From Candidatus Omnitrophota bacterium (GTDB taxonomy: Bacteria; Omnitrophota; Gorgyraeia; Gygaellales; Profunditerraquicolaceae), in contig WOZK01000007.1 in assembly GCA_011620275.1 (NCBI GenBank), positions 1-62,509 of the forward strand: 62,509 nucleotides of DNA. Reading direction: 5' to 3'. A program made the position numbers and the translations under genes. Below, in pieces: positions 29,184 through 41,167 of the stretch (position 1 is the stretch's first letter; the number at the start of each line of letters is the position of its first letter). The notes below the pieces were generated by a model. It ran no database searches and was not told the DNA's origin. It worked only from the letters and a program-made list of their open reading frames with translations.

Positions 29184-29615
29184 ATGGAAAAGTATCTGGC
29201 GGTATTAAAGGAACATCATTTCAAGATAACTCCGCGCAGAAAAGCGGTGCTTGAGTTGTTCTTGCGGGAAAAGCGGTATCTCGGCCCTTATGAGATCAAA
29301 CAGATGCTGGAGAAGGCGTCTCTGGAGGTAGGTCTGCCTTCAATATACCGTATTCTAGAAGAACTGGAGGGATCCGGCATCTTGGTAAAAATAGAACATA
29401 GCAGCCGCCGGCTTTATTACAGTCTCTGCCGCAATCCGCAAGTAAGTCATCATCATTTTATCTGCAGCAAGTGCAATAAGGTTGAAGAGGTGGAATTCTG
29501 TAATTTCTCGGAAATATCCAGTTTCATAGAAAAAAAACTTAACGCCAGGGTTCAGCATCATTCCCTGCATATAGAGGGATTGTGTTCGGAATGCCGGGTG
29601 GAAAACAGCTCATAA
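29184..29615 (+). CDS. zur: Fur-family zinc uptake regulator
   Basis: KITPRR, SIYRIL, HHHFICSKC, GLCSEC; precedes znuACB. Confidence 0.85.
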   Translation: MEKYLAVLKEHHFKITPRRKAVLELFLREKRYLGPYEIKQMLEKASLEVGLPSIYRILEELEGSGILVKIEHSSRRLYYSLCRNPQVSHHHFICSKCNKVEEVEFCNFSEISSFIEKKLNARVQHHSLHIEGLCSECRVENSS

Positions 29616-29642
29616 CCGGACAATATTCTTAAGGGAGGCAGG

Positions 29643-30533
29643 ATGGGTAGATATAAGCGGTTTATGACGGGAGTTGTATTGTTATCGGTATTTACCGGTG
29701 TGTTCGCGCGCGGCGCACGCGCCGTGCAGAAGGAAATAAAAGTAGTCGCTTCTTTTTATCCGGTGTATATTATGGCCAGGAACGTGATAAAAGACGTGCC
29801 GGGAGTGTCGCTGGAGAATCTTACTCCGCCGTTCACCGGGTGCCTGCATGATTACGCGCTTACTGCCGCGGATATGAGAAAACTCGACGGGGCCCAGGCG
29901 TTGATTGTCAACGGAGCCGGCATGGAGTCTTTCCTTGAAGAGGTGGCGGCCCGGCATTCCGGTTTGCGCATTATCGGCGTATCTGACGGGATTTCTTTGA
30001 TAAAAAGCGGTGATGAGGAAAATCCTCATATCTGGGTGGGCATTTCCGGCGCCGTCAAACAGGTGAAGAATCTCGGCGCGGCCATGCAGAGCCTGGATCC
30101 GGCGCACAAAGAGCTTTACGCCCAGAATACAGCCGACTACGTAGCGAAGCTGGACTCCCTGCGGAAACAAATGCACGCGCAGCTGTCGTCCTATAAAGGC
30201 AGGAAGATCATCACTTTTCACGAGGCATTCCCATATTTCGCCGAGGAGTTCGAGCTGGAGATCGCGGCCGTGGTGGAACGAGAACCGGGGAGCGAGCCCA
30301 GCGCGAAGAAACTTGCTGAGACGATAGATCTGATCAGGAATTCAGGCAAAGACGGTTGCGTGTTGTTCAGCGAACCCCAGTATCCGTCTTCAGCCGCCGA
30401 AACCATCGCCGCGGAAACAGGTTTGAAAGTATATGTGCTCGATCCGGCGGTGAGCGGCCCGGACGAAGACGACGCCTATCTTAAGATAATGGAAAAGAAT
30501 CTGGAAGTTTTGAAGGATGCTTTCCGGAAATAA
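29643..30533 (+). CDS. znuA: Zn/Mn ABC transporter substrate-binding protein
   Basis: CLHDY, NGAGME, NPHIW, FHEAFPYF, LDP. Confidence 0.88.
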   Translation: MGRYKRFMTGVVLLSVFTGVFARGARAVQKEIKVVASFYPVYIMARNVIKDVPGVSLENLTPPFTGCLHDYALTAADMRKLDGAQALIVNGAGMESFLEEVAARHSGLRIIGVSDGISLIKSGDEENPHIWVGISGAVKQVKNLGAAMQSLDPAHKELYAQNTADYVAKLDSLRKQMHAQLSSYKGRKIITFHEAFPYFAEEFELEIAAVVEREPGSEPSAKKLAETIDLIRNSGKDGCVLFSEPQYPSSAAETIAAETGLKVYVLDPAVSGPDEDDAYLKIMEKNLEVLKDAFRK

Positions 30534-30550
30534 AGGCGGAGGAGGCGGAA

Positions 30551-31339
30551 TTGCTTAATACCTGCGAACATTGCTGCACGAGGGTGGAGGATCTGACGGT
30601 AAAACTGGGCAGCAATGTTATACTGTCTAGAGTCAATCTGCACGTCAACTGCGGCGAGGTCGTCGGAGTGGTCGGGCCCAATGGGGCAGGCAAGACCACT
30701 CTGTTGCGCACTTTGATGGGAGAGATGCCTTACCAGGGGAGGATATCCTTCCGCGTCGGCGGTAATCTTTCCCAGACGCCCAAGATAGGTTATGTCTCGC
30801 AGAAACTGCATTTGGAAAAAGGGGCGCCCGTCAGCGTAGCGGATCTGGTGGCTTCGGCAGTAACCCGCAGGCCGGTTTGGGCCGGGATAGACGGCAGCAC
30901 TGTCGGCAGGGTCAAAGAGGTACTGTCGCTGTTTTCCGCGGAGCACCTTGTCAAAAGAAAGGTCGGAGATCTTTCGGGAGGGGAATTGCAGCGCGTTCTG
31001 CTGGCGATCGCCATGACGCCCACCCCGGATCTCCTTCTGCTAGACGAGCCTGCCAGCGGCGTGGACGCGAAGGGATTGGCGCTTTTTTACCGCATCGTGC
31101 GCGGCCTGAGGCAAAAGCATGATATCTCGGTCGTACTGGTGACGCACGATCTTGCAGGGATCTATTCTTACGTGGACAGGATGGTGCTGCTTAACCGCGG
31201 AGTGATCGCTGAAGGCACTCCGCAGGAGGTGTTGGCAGACGGCAAATTAGTGGAGGTGTTCGGAGCGGCTTTGTGGAATATTTCGTGTCTGCCAGATATT
31301 GTAAAGGATAAGGGTAAAGGCGGCGATAATGCTGATTGA
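30551..31339 (+). CDS. znuC: Zn ABC transporter ATPase
   Basis: GPNGAGKTT, IGYVSQ, LSGGELQR, LLLDEP, VTHD. Confidence 0.88.
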   Translation: MLNTCEHCCTRVEDLTVKLGSNVILSRVNLHVNCGEVVGVVGPNGAGKTTLLRTLMGEMPYQGRISFRVGGNLSQTPKIGYVSQKLHLEKGAPVSVADLVASAVTRRPVWAGIDGSTVGRVKEVLSLFSAEHLVKRKVGDLSGGELQRVLLAIAMTPTPDLLLLDEPASGVDAKGLALFYRIVRGLRQKHDISVVLVTHDLAGIYSYVDRMVLLNRGVIAEGTPQEVLADGKLVEVFGAALWNISCLPDIVKDKGKGGDNAD

Positions 31340-32174
31340 CTCCTGGTACAACCTGGTAAACACCCTGCCGTTTGAATGGGCCCATTATGTCTTCATGAAA
31401 AACGCCCTGCTGGCGGTTTTGCTGGTCACTCCGCTGTTCGCTTTGATGGGGACGATGGTGGTCAGCAACCGCATGGTTTTCTTTACCGATGTCCTGGGGC
31501 ATTCCGCGCTTACCGGTATTGCCATCGGCGTTCTGCTCGGTTTTCAGGACCCGGTATTGCCGATGCTTCTGCTGGCGGTGCTGCTTTCCGTAGGCGTCAA
31601 CCTTTTGAAAAACATGACGCGGGCATCTATGGATACCATCCTGGGCGTATTGTTCGCTTTTATCGTGGCTTTGGGGATCGTTGTCCTGAGCAGGCGGGGA
31701 GGTTTCGCGAAATACACCGGTTACCTGATTGGGGATATCCTGACCGTGACCCCCGCACAGATAGGATGGTTGCTGGTAATCGCCGCGGCCGTTATGGTTT
31801 ATTGGTTCGCCGCCGGTAATGCCATGATCTTCACCAGTATCAGTTCTTCTTTGGCGCGCAGCCGCAAGGTGAATACTTTTTGGGTGGAGACTAGTTTTAC
31901 CGTGCTGCTGGCGCTGGTGGTGATCCTTTCTATAAGGCTGGCCGGGATATTGATCATAAATTCTCTGCTTGTGCTCCCAGCGGCGGCGGCCAGAAATATC
32001 TCCCGCAATATGCGCGCTTACACGGCCTGGGCGGTGGTGATCAGCCTTTTCTCCGGTATCAGCGGTTTGATCGTTTCTTTCTATTGGGGAACGGCGTCTG
32101 GGGCGACTATCGTGCTTTTCGCCGCGGCCTGCTACGCCGTCTCAGCGCTGTTCGGGGCGGGCAGGAATAGATAA
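31329..32174 (+). CDS. znuB: Zn ABC transporter permease
   Basis: FFTDVLGHSALTGIA, YLIGDILTV, LLVLPAAAAR. Confidence 0.88.
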   Translation: MLIDSWYNLVNTLPFEWAHYVFMKNALLAVLLVTPLFALMGTMVVSNRMVFFTDVLGHSALTGIAIGVLLGFQDPVLPMLLLAVLLSVGVNLLKNMTRASMDTILGVLFAFIVALGIVVLSRRGGFAKYTGYLIGDILTVTPAQIGWLLVIAAAVMVYWFAAGNAMIFTSISSSLARSRKVNTFWVETSFTVLLALVVILSIRLAGILIINSLLVLPAAAARNISRNMRAYTAWAVVISLFSGISGLIVSFYWGTASGATIVLFAAACYAVSALFGAGRNR

Positions 32175-32526
32175 TTCTACGATTACGAAAGAGGAAAGGC
32201 GAAGCCACGCAGCCGTTTAGGAATATCCTGCACCGCATTCATCCATCTCGCCTTCACCGCGCTTTCATACAGATATTGAAAAGAGACCGCTGATGGGACA
32301 GCCCTGTTTTTCGGAGAATTACCGAAAAATGCCCCTGGAGTAACAAGAGCCTTGTAAAGAGCGGGTGTAATTCGCACCGGATGAATTTTAAAAGGGATTC
32401 TGCAAGCTCCGGCGGGGAAAAGAATTTACTATGTAGACAGCGGCTTGATATTTTCCGGCGATGATGTATACTGAAATATCTTTGCGCGGATTGAAAAGAG
32501 AAGTTTTATAACGGAGGTGACGTAAA

Positions 32527-33075
32527 ATGAGGGGACTCGCGGCGGCCTTAACGTTCGTTTTTTTATTAACCGGTGCGATTATCTGCGGAGGTACTTTTGC
32601 AATGGATGCGAAAACCGTGGTGCTGGAGACCAATTTGGGGAATATAGAATTGCAATTGATGCCGGACACCGCTCCCAAGGCGAGTGAGAATTTCAGCAAG
32701 CTGGCCGAGAAGGGGTATTATAACGGAGTGATTTTTCACCGGGTGATCAAGAATTTTATGATCCAGGGAGGCGATCCGACCGGCACCGGACGCGGCGGGG
32801 AGTCCATATGGGGCAAGCCGTTCGAGGACGAATGTTCGCCAACGGTGACTTTCGACGCCCCGGGGATCCTGGCCATGGCCAACGCCGGCCCCGGCACAAA
32901 CGGAAGCCAGTTTTTTATAACTACGGCCAAGACCCCCTGGCTCAATATGCGCCATACTATATTCGGCAAGGTAGTTTCAGGTTACGACGTGGTGCAGAAA
33001 ATCGAGAATGCCGCCACCGACTCCCAGGACAGGCCGGTTTCGGAAATAAAGATCGGCAAGGCTTATCTTAAATAA
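32527..33075 (+). CDS. Exported cyclophilin-type peptidyl-prolyl isomerase
   Basis: Signal peptide; FHRVIKNFMIQGGDP, AMANAGPGTNGSQFFIT. Confidence 0.95.
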   Translation: MRGLAAALTFVFLLTGAIICGGTFAMDAKTVVLETNLGNIELQLMPDTAPKASENFSKLAEKGYYNGVIFHRVIKNFMIQGGDPTGTGRGGESIWGKPFEDECSPTVTFDAPGILAMANAGPGTNGSQFFITTAKTPWLNMRHTIFGKVVSGYDVVQKIENAATDSQDRPVSEIKIGKAYLK

Positions 33076-33229
33076 GAGAAATTCTCCGGCGTAACAAAAA
33101 AATTAAAAAACACTTGCTTTTTTTCAAGAATTTATATAATTAAATAGATAAGGGGAGTTATTTACTTCTAAAACCGTTACAACAAACCCGCTTGAAAAGC
33201 GGAGAAACTTTAAAATAGGGGGGGGTGAG

Positions 33230-33595
33230 ATGACAGGCTGTTCTAAGACAAAAGGGACTTTTAGAACTGTCCATTTGATTGCCGATCTGGAAGCGCCTAA
33301 AAAGATGAATGAGACTCCCGCGGCGGTGAAGAAATTGCTTTGGGGGGCGGCTAAAGCGGCCAACAATACGCCGTTAAAAGCTTCCGTATACAAATTCCCC
33401 GTGCAGGGGATTACGGGCGTGGTCATACTGGCGGAATCTCATATCGCCATCCACACCTGGCCCGAGCATAATCATATCGCCCTCGATATTTTTACCTGCG
33501 GCGAAAATACCCGCCCTTACGCCGCCCTCGAATTCCTTAAAAATAAAATCAAACCCACAAAAGTAAGAGTCAAATTGCTGAAAAGAGGTCTATAA
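33230..33595 (+). CDS. speD: S-adenosylmethionine decarboxylase proenzyme
   Basis: HLIADL, GITGVVILAESHIAIHTWPE, DIFTCG. Confidence 0.93.
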   Translation: MTGCSKTKGTFRTVHLIADLEAPKKMNETPAAVKKLLWGAAKAANNTPLKASVYKFPVQGITGVVILAESHIAIHTWPEHNHIALDIFTCGENTRPYAALEFLKNKIKPTKVRVKLLKRGL

Positions 33596-33596
33596 A

Positions 33597-34490
33597 GTGA
33601 AAGCCATCTCCGCCAAGAAAGAAAAATGGTTCGTGGAAGCCGCTTTTCCCGGCATCAGGCGATGCAAAAAAGACACCTTCAGGGTAGAAAAGGAAATTTT
33701 TTCCGGCAGGACCAAATATCAAAAAATATATATATTCGAGAGCCTCGGGTTCGGCAAGATGCTCGCCCTGGACGGGATCATACAATTTTCCCAGAGCGAT
33801 GAGTTTATTTATCACGAGATTATCGCCCACGTGCCGTTGATGACGCACCCGGATCCCCAAAGGCTGCTGGTGGTAGGGGGAGGGGACGGCGGCGTTCTGC
33901 GGGAGGCGCGCAAACATCCTTTGAAGGAAATGAGCTTGGTAGATATCGACGAGGAAGTAGTCGGGATAGCCAGGCAATACCTGCCTTTCGTCTCGCAGGG
34001 AAGTTTCACGGACAAAAGACTGACTCTTGCCTTCCAGGACGGCAGAGAATTCATCAAGGCGCACAAGAATCATTTCGATATCATCGTGGTTGATTCCACC
34101 GATCCCGTGGGTCCGGGGAAGGCACTGTTCCAGGGGGATTTCTATAAGAGCGTGCACGAGGCTCTCACGGAAGACGGCATCGCCATATTCCAGCTGGGAC
34201 CGTTCCTGGATTTCGATATCATCATCAAAGGAACGGTGGAAAAACTCTCCAAACTGTTCACGTATCTTAATCCGGTCAGGCTGCCGATGCCTTCCTACAG
34301 CTGCGGATGCGAATACTGTTTCCTGATGGCGTCCAAGAAGGTCGATCCGGCAAAGCTTGCTCTACCGGTGTTGAAGCGCAGGCTGCAGCAGCGCCTGGGC
34401 GCCAAAGCCGCGGACCTGAAGTATTATTCCCCGGAGATGCACCTGGCCAGTCTGGTCACGCCTAAGATCTGGCGTCTCAAGAAGAGATGA
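33597..34490 (+). CDS. speE: Polyamine aminopropyltransferase (spermidine synthase)
   Basis: LDGIIQ, YHEIIAH, VVGGGDGG, DIIVVDSTDPVGP. Confidence 0.93.
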   Translation: MKAISAKKEKWFVEAAFPGIRRCKKDTFRVEKEIFSGRTKYQKIYIFESLGFGKMLALDGIIQFSQSDEFIYHEIIAHVPLMTHPDPQRLLVVGGGDGGVLREARKHPLKEMSLVDIDEEVVGIARQYLPFVSQGSFTDKRLTLAFQDGREFIKAHKNHFDIIVVDSTDPVGPGKALFQGDFYKSVHEALTEDGIAIFQLGPFLDFDIIIKGTVEKLSKLFTYLNPVRLPMPSYSCGCEYCFLMASKKVDPAKLALPVLKRRLQQRLGAKAADLKYYSPEMHLASLVTPKIWRLKKR

Positions 34491-35497
34491 AATCCCGTTA
34501 CAAAGTCGCGGTTGCCGGAGACGGCCGTATAAGCCGCGCGGTCCTGTGTTTCTTCAACAGGCAGAACAGAGATATCCGCGCTTTCCCCCTCAAGAACGAG
34601 AAAGATTTGCGGAACGCTGATCTGATCACCGGCGCTTTGGCCGGTGAGATCGGTGAACGCTGCCTGGACCTGGCTTTGAAATACCGTAAAGACCTCGTCG
34701 ACGTCTCGGATGTCGATCCGGAGATATACCAGGCCAGGGAAAAAGAGATCGGCAAAAGCGGGATAACGGTGATACCGGGATGCGGTTTCTGTCCCGGAAT
34801 AGTCAATTTTCTTCTCGGCAGGGAAACTTGTTCTTCCGCCCGAGTGCTCGAGATCCACGTGAAGGCCGGCTCTCTCTCCCCGCAGGATAATTATTTCCCT
34901 TTTTTGTGGTGTTTCGAGGATTTAATACTTGAACACCGGCTCGTATCCTGCCAGATCATCTCCGGCAAGAAGAAAAGGTTCCCGGCATTCGCCGGTTACC
35001 GGAGGGAGAAATATTTCGGCATAGAGGCGGAAAGTTATTATTCTGCCAGCGGATTCGAGAATATCCTGGATAAGACAGGGGCGCGCTGCCTGACCTGTCG
35101 CGTGGTCAGGCCTTCGGGATTCGCCGCTTTTTTTCGTTTCGCCGAGAGCTACGGAATGTTTTCGCCGGAACGCATGGCCGAAAGCAAGGCTTTTTTAGAG
35201 AGGGTCAGGCGGGCAAATTATACTCTCGGAGAGGTGGAAGTCGTTTTCCCCGGCAAACGCATCGTCTGGCTTTTGAAAAGTTTTTCCGCGGCGGGGGAAA
35301 AGTGGAACTCGATGCAGAAAATAACGGCCGGCGTCCCGGCCGCAGTCGGCAGGCTTTTGCTGGATGGAAGGATTGAGCGCAAAGGGCTGGTTTTTCTGGA
35401 AGACCTTGCCGCCGACAAGACGGTTTTCCGGGCGTTGATAGACGGGGTAAAAAAACAAGGCGTAACGATCGTCAGGCAGGAAAAGAGAAATGCTTAA
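34487..35497 (+). CDS. Saccharopine dehydrogenase family oxidoreductase
   Basis: Rossmann VAVAGDGRIS, DLVDVS, PGCGFCPGIVN, SMQKITAGVPA. Confidence 0.8.
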   Translation: MKSRYKVAVAGDGRISRAVLCFFNRQNRDIRAFPLKNEKDLRNADLITGALAGEIGERCLDLALKYRKDLVDVSDVDPEIYQAREKEIGKSGITVIPGCGFCPGIVNFLLGRETCSSARVLEIHVKAGSLSPQDNYFPFLWCFEDLILEHRLVSCQIISGKKKRFPAFAGYRREKYFGIEAESYYSASGFENILDKTGARCLTCRVVRPSGFAAFFRFAESYGMFSPERMAESKAFLERVRRANYTLGEVEVVFPGKRIVWLLKSFSAAGEKWNSMQKITAGVPAAVGRLLLDGRIERKGLVFLEDLAADKTVFRALIDGVKKQGVTIVRQEKRNA

Positions 35498-36074
35498 GCA
35501 TTCCTACGTCAGCGGCAAAGTCAAGGTGAACCGTTCTGGGATCGATCACCGCGGAGTTTTCGCGGTAAAGCCGATCAAGAAAAACGAGATAATCGCGGTC
35601 TGGGGAGGGTTTATTATTTCGCAATCCGAGTTCGTTAAGCTGGAAAAGACCTGTTTCAAAAAAATAGAGAATTACGCCACCAGGGTGGCCGATGGGTTCT
35701 TTCTGGTATCCTGTAAAAAGGGTGGACTGGAGGATGACGATTTCTTTAACCACAGTTGTTCCCCAAATGCCGGGATTAAAGGGCACCTGGTTATAGCGGC
35801 GATGCGAGACATCTCGCTCGGCGAAGAGGTGACCTACGATTACTGCATGACCGACGCGGATTTCGATTATTCTTTCAAGTGCCGCTGCGGTTCTCCGCGC
35901 TGCCGCGGGCTGGTTACCACCAAAGACTGGATGCAACCGGCCCTGCAAAGGGAATATAAAGGATATTTTTCCTGGTACGTGCAGGAGAAGATAGACGAAT
36001 TGAGGCGAAAAAAGCTCCCAGCGTCCGTAAAAAATACCCTCTTGACAGGGAAAAAAGTTTGTGTTATAAAATGA
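35490..36074 (+). CDS. SET-domain methyltransferase with post-SET zinc motif
   Basis: RGVFA, FFNHSCSPNA, RDISLGEEVTYDY, CRCGSPRCRG. Confidence 0.93.
   Translation: MLKHSYVSGKVKVNRSGIDHRGVFAVKPIKKNEIIAVWGGFIISQSEFVKLEKTCFKKIENYATRVADGFFLVSCKKGGLEDDDFFNHSCSPNAGIKGHLVIAAMRDISLGEEVTYDYCMTDADFDYSFKCRCGSPRCRGLVTTKDWMQPALQREYKGYFSWYVQEKIDELRRKKLPASVKNTLLTGKKVCVIK
36042..36070 (+). promoter_or_regulatory. Probable groESL promoter inside the 3' end of the SET gene
   Basis: TTGACA-17-TATAAA. Confidence 0.6.
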
Positions 36075-36200
36075 AACCTGGAGCAAATAAGCGGTCTTTC
36101 CGCACTGCGCCGGAGATATCTTTCCGCAACGATTCCATTCAAGAATAAAAACAGGATCTTCTTATGGAAGGGGAGCAAAAAACATTTTTTTCGCGTTGTC

Positions 36201-36227
36201 TTAGCACTCTTTATAAAAGAGTGCCAG
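36201..36227. promoter_or_regulatory. CIRCE element (HrcA operator)
   Basis: TTAGCACTC-N9-GAGTGCCAG upstream of groES. Confidence 0.9.
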
Positions 36228-36362
36228 TCATCTCACAGGGGTTTTACGGAAGGGATAAAACTCTTGCTATATCCAGAGGTTAAAGAACAGCGGAAAAATC
36301 GCTGCGTTGCAGCGCCGGAAAGAACAGATACAAATTAACAATAAACAGGAAGGAGGGAGTAT

Positions 36363-36653
36363 ATGCAGATCACACCTTTAGGAGACAGGGTACTCGTGAA
36401 ACCCTTGGACGCCGAGGACAAAACCAAAGGAGGGATCATTCTTCCCGATACGGCGAAAGAGAAGCCGCAGGAGGGGAAAGTGGTTTCAGTCGGCAAGGGC
36501 AAAATTTCCGATGACGGCAAGCTGGTAGCCCTGGAAGTCAAAGCCGGGGACAAAGTGCTTTACGGCAAATATTCCGGCACGGAGATCAAACTCAACGGAG
36601 AAGATCATTTGATCGTCCGCGAGGAGGATATTCTTGCGATAGTGAAGGATTAA
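36363..36653 (+). CDS. groES: Co-chaperonin GroES
   Basis: [26 protein letters not shown]. Confidence 0.98.
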   Translation: MQITPLGDRVLVKPLDAEDKTKGGIILPDTAKEKPQEGKVVSVGKGKISDDGKLVALEVKAGDKVLYGKYSGTEIKLNGEDHLIVREEDILAIVKD

Positions 36654-36667
36654 CTTTTAATATATAA

Positions 36668-38296
<1,629 letters not shown>

Positions 38297-38416
38297 TCCC
38301 GGGGGCAAGCGGCAGTAAAAAAGTTAATTGATGCAGCCGGCCCGGCCGCACAGTCTTGAACTGGCGCGGCCGGGCCGGTCTTTTAAGAGCCCCAATGGAG
38401 AAGGGAGAGTATCTTT

Positions 38417-39199
38417 ATGATACCCGCGAAGAGACCGAGAAAGGTCCGTATATTGTTGACCAACGACGACGGCATTCAGTCCGCCGGCCTGGTCGCTCTT
38501 TACCGGGCATTGTCGCCGCTGGGAAAAGTCACGGTGGTTGCTCCGGACAACGAACGCAGCGCGGCGAGCCACGCCATCACCCTGCACCAACCGTTGCGTT
38601 TGAAGCAGGTGAAATTCAAAGACGGCAAGAAATGGTTCTGCACCAGCGGGACGCCTGCGGACTGCGTGAAGCTCGGCTTGAGCGCGGTATTGAAACATTC
38701 CCCGGATATGGTGGTTTCCGGCATCAATCCCGGGCCGAATACAGGATTCAGCGTGCTGTATTCCGGGACGGTTTCCGCGGCCAGGGAGGCAGCGATGTGC
38801 GGGATACCGGCTATGGCCGTTTCGCTGGTGACCCGCTCCGTTTCTGCCGACTTTGAATTCGCGGCCTCTTTTGCTGCGGGGTTGGCGCGCAAGATACTTT
38901 CCGGCAGGTTCATCCCGGCCGGCTGCCTGTTGAACGTCAATATCCCGGAAGGCAAGATAAAAGGCGTAAAATTCACAAAGCAGAGCACGCGTTTCTTCAA
39001 GGACAGGTTCGAAAAAAGGCACGACCCGCGCAAACGCGAATATTATTGGCTAAGCGGAGAATCCTTTGGCGGGAGCCCGGACGCGGAGAGCGACAGCGAG
39101 ACCGTGCGGCGCGGCTACATCTCCCTGACTCCGCTTATAAACGACGCTACCGATTACGCGTTTCTCGCCGGGTTGCGGGACAAGCGGGCAATCTTATAG
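38417..39199 (+). CDS. surE: 5'/3'-nucleotidase SurE
   Basis: ILLTNDDG, GTPADCV, SGINPGPN, YSGTV. Confidence 0.96.
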   Translation: MIPAKRPRKVRILLTNDDGIQSAGLVALYRALSPLGKVTVVAPDNERSAASHAITLHQPLRLKQVKFKDGKKWFCTSGTPADCVKLGLSAVLKHSPDMVVSGINPGPNTGFSVLYSGTVSAAREAAMCGIPAMAVSLVTRSVSADFEFAASFAAGLARKILSGRFIPAGCLLNVNIPEGKIKGVKFTKQSTRFFKDRFEKRHDPRKREYYWLSGESFGGSPDAESDSETVRRGYISLTPLINDATDYAFLAGLRDKRAIL

Positions 39200-39352
39200 G
39201 TCACAGCGGCGACAGATGGTGCCGTCGGCTTCATTTCGTCTTCATCCACCCTCCTGTATTTATTTTATTGCTTGTTAGTGTTTCTCTAAGGTATTATAAT
39301 AAAAAATAAAACGCACCGGACGCATGGTTTGAAAAAAACGAGCGTGGGCAAC

Positions 39353-39514
39353 ATGAATAAAGCAGCATATCTTTTTAAAGAAACCTTCCATTTGATCAAG
39401 GCGCATAAGATTTATTTTCTTGCGCCGATCCTAATAACATTTGCGCTTTTAGCCCTCCTTGTTTTCTATGTCGGACCGAGCGTGATAATCTCTTTCATTT
39501 ACGCCGGGATATAG
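39353..39514 (+). CDS. DUF5989/SxtK-like small membrane protein
   Basis: KIYFLAPILI...SFIYAGI; family typically accompanies carbamoyltransferases. Confidence 0.7.
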   Translation: MNKAAYLFKETFHLIKAHKIYFLAPILITFALLALLVFYVGPSVIISFIYAGI

Positions 39515-39602
39515 TGTGGAATTCCCTCTTAACGCCGCGGCGGCGGTATAAACGTAATCGTCTTAAATTAACTGTGACCCGAGGCGGCATCGGCCGGTAG
39601 AT

Positions 39603-41162
39603 ATGTCCGGAAAAACAATCATGCGGAAACTGGCGGCATTCTTACTCGGCGGGGCCTTAGTTTTTTTTGTTTTGGAGATCATCCTGCGCGCCGGCGGATT
39701 CTTCATCTTCCATCGGCAGGGTATTGAGAAATACAAACAGGCCCCGAGCGGCTACAGGATACTATGTATAGGAGATTCGTTTACTTACGGTCTGGGCGCG
39801 GCGCATGGTTTTGATTATCCGATTCAACTGGCAAGGCTGCTCGGGTCCAAGTATCCAGGCGGTAAATTCCAGGTAATGAACCGCGGAAGGTGTTCTTATA
39901 ATACCACGCAGATCTTGTCGGATTTTCAGGCGACTTTGAGAGAAGGCACGGCTCCGAATTTGGTAATTCTTCTGGGCGGTGGTAACAATTACTGGAATTT
40001 TTACGGCAGGGAGAGACAATCCGGAGTGATAGCTCTGCCGGTAAAATGGTTCTTTCGTACCAAAGTCGGGAAATTAATCGTTTTGATTTCCTGGAAAATA
40101 AGAAAACGGGGTGGTTCTCCTGGAGACACATTCGGTAACATTCCGGCTACGCACAATTACGGTTCTGTCGGCGGCCGGCCGGCATTTTTAGAAAAGTTGA
40201 AAGCGCGCTTCTGCCGCGAAAATCACGGAAGCAAAGTTTATATCGAACTCGGCGTTGCCTTGGCCGAATGCGGTTCATACCCGGAAGCCGAAAAATGTTT
40301 TCTGAAAGGGATAGAGATCGATCCCGCCTCAAGCGAAGGTTACGCGCGCATGGGAGGATTATGCGTTTCTCTGGGACGTTATGAAGAAGCAAAGAAATGG
40401 CTGGCTCAGGCCTTTAAAACCGGACCGGGGGATATAGAATGTTATGTAGAAACCGGATGGTTTTATTTGCAGCAGCGTTTTTATGATGAGGCGATCGAAT
40501 GGTACAGAAAAGGGCTTGAAATAGATCCCCAATCGGGGATATGTTATTTGAGCATCGGGACGGCTTATGCGAGGCGGTCACTTTATGATGAAGCTGTGGC
40601 ATGGCTGGAAAAGGGTATCTCTGTAGATCGAATGAACGGGGATCTTTACAGATGCCTTGCCGGCGTGTATGCGAATAAAGGCGAGACCGCGAAGTCAAGA
40701 GAATGCATACTGCTGGCCGCCTGCCTGAATCCGGAGGATATTGATACCCGGTCCGACCTTGTGCGCATCTTCGGCGGTGATCGTTCCGCCATTTCGGAGG
40801 CGCTCGCTAAAAATAGTATCGTTCTCCCCCCAAGAATAGCCGCATTACTTAAAAAGATATCCTATTTCGACGATGTCAGGCAGTGGATAATTTCTGATAT
40901 AAGAGAGATCGCGAATATCTGCCGCCGTAATGATATTAGGATGATCTTGATGGATTATCCCGGAGACGAGGTTTTCTCGGAGTTGATGTCGAAAATCGCC
41001 GGGGATAATTCAATACCGTTCGTGAGCAATTACCGTGTTTTTTCTGTTATGGACAGAGCGGCCTCCCGGAATTGTTTTGTCTCAGACGGGCACTGCAGCG
41101 CTGATGGGTATGCCGTTATAGCGCGTAATTTATTTAATTTCCTGGAGGCGGAAGGGAAATGA
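39603..41162 (+). CDS. Membrane-anchored SGNH hydrolase/acyltransferase with inserted TPR array
   Basis: LEIILR anchor, GDSFTYG, NRG, GGNN, TPRs, C-terminal DGH. Confidence 0.85.
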   Translation: MSGKTIMRKLAAFLLGGALVFFVLEIILRAGGFFIFHRQGIEKYKQAPSGYRILCIGDSFTYGLGAAHGFDYPIQLARLLGSKYPGGKFQVMNRGRCSYNTTQILSDFQATLREGTAPNLVILLGGGNNYWNFYGRERQSGVIALPVKWFFRTKVGKLIVLISWKIRKRGGSPGDTFGNIPATHNYGSVGGRPAFLEKLKARFCRENHGSKVYIELGVALAECGSYPEAEKCFLKGIEIDPASSEGYARMGGLCVSLGRYEEAKKWLAQAFKTGPGDIECYVETGWFYLQQRFYDEAIEWYRKGLEIDPQSGICYLSIGTAYARRSLYDEAVAWLEKGISVDRMNGDLYRCLAGVYANKGETAKSRECILLAACLNPEDIDTRSDLVRIFGGDRSAISEALAKNSIVLPPRIAALLKKISYFDDVRQWIISDIREIANICRRNDIRMILMDYPGDEVFSELMSKIAGDNSIPFVSNYRVFSVMDRAASRNCFVSDGHCSADGYAVIARNLFNFLEAEGK

Positions 41163-41167
41163 TATAG

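Noticed and set aside
32183-32377. 64-aa minus-strand intergenic ORF
   Set aside because: No clear RBS or family features; cannot be supported
33150-33229. Riboswitch upstream of speD
   Set aside because: Only short hairpins; no SAM riboswitch motifs recognised
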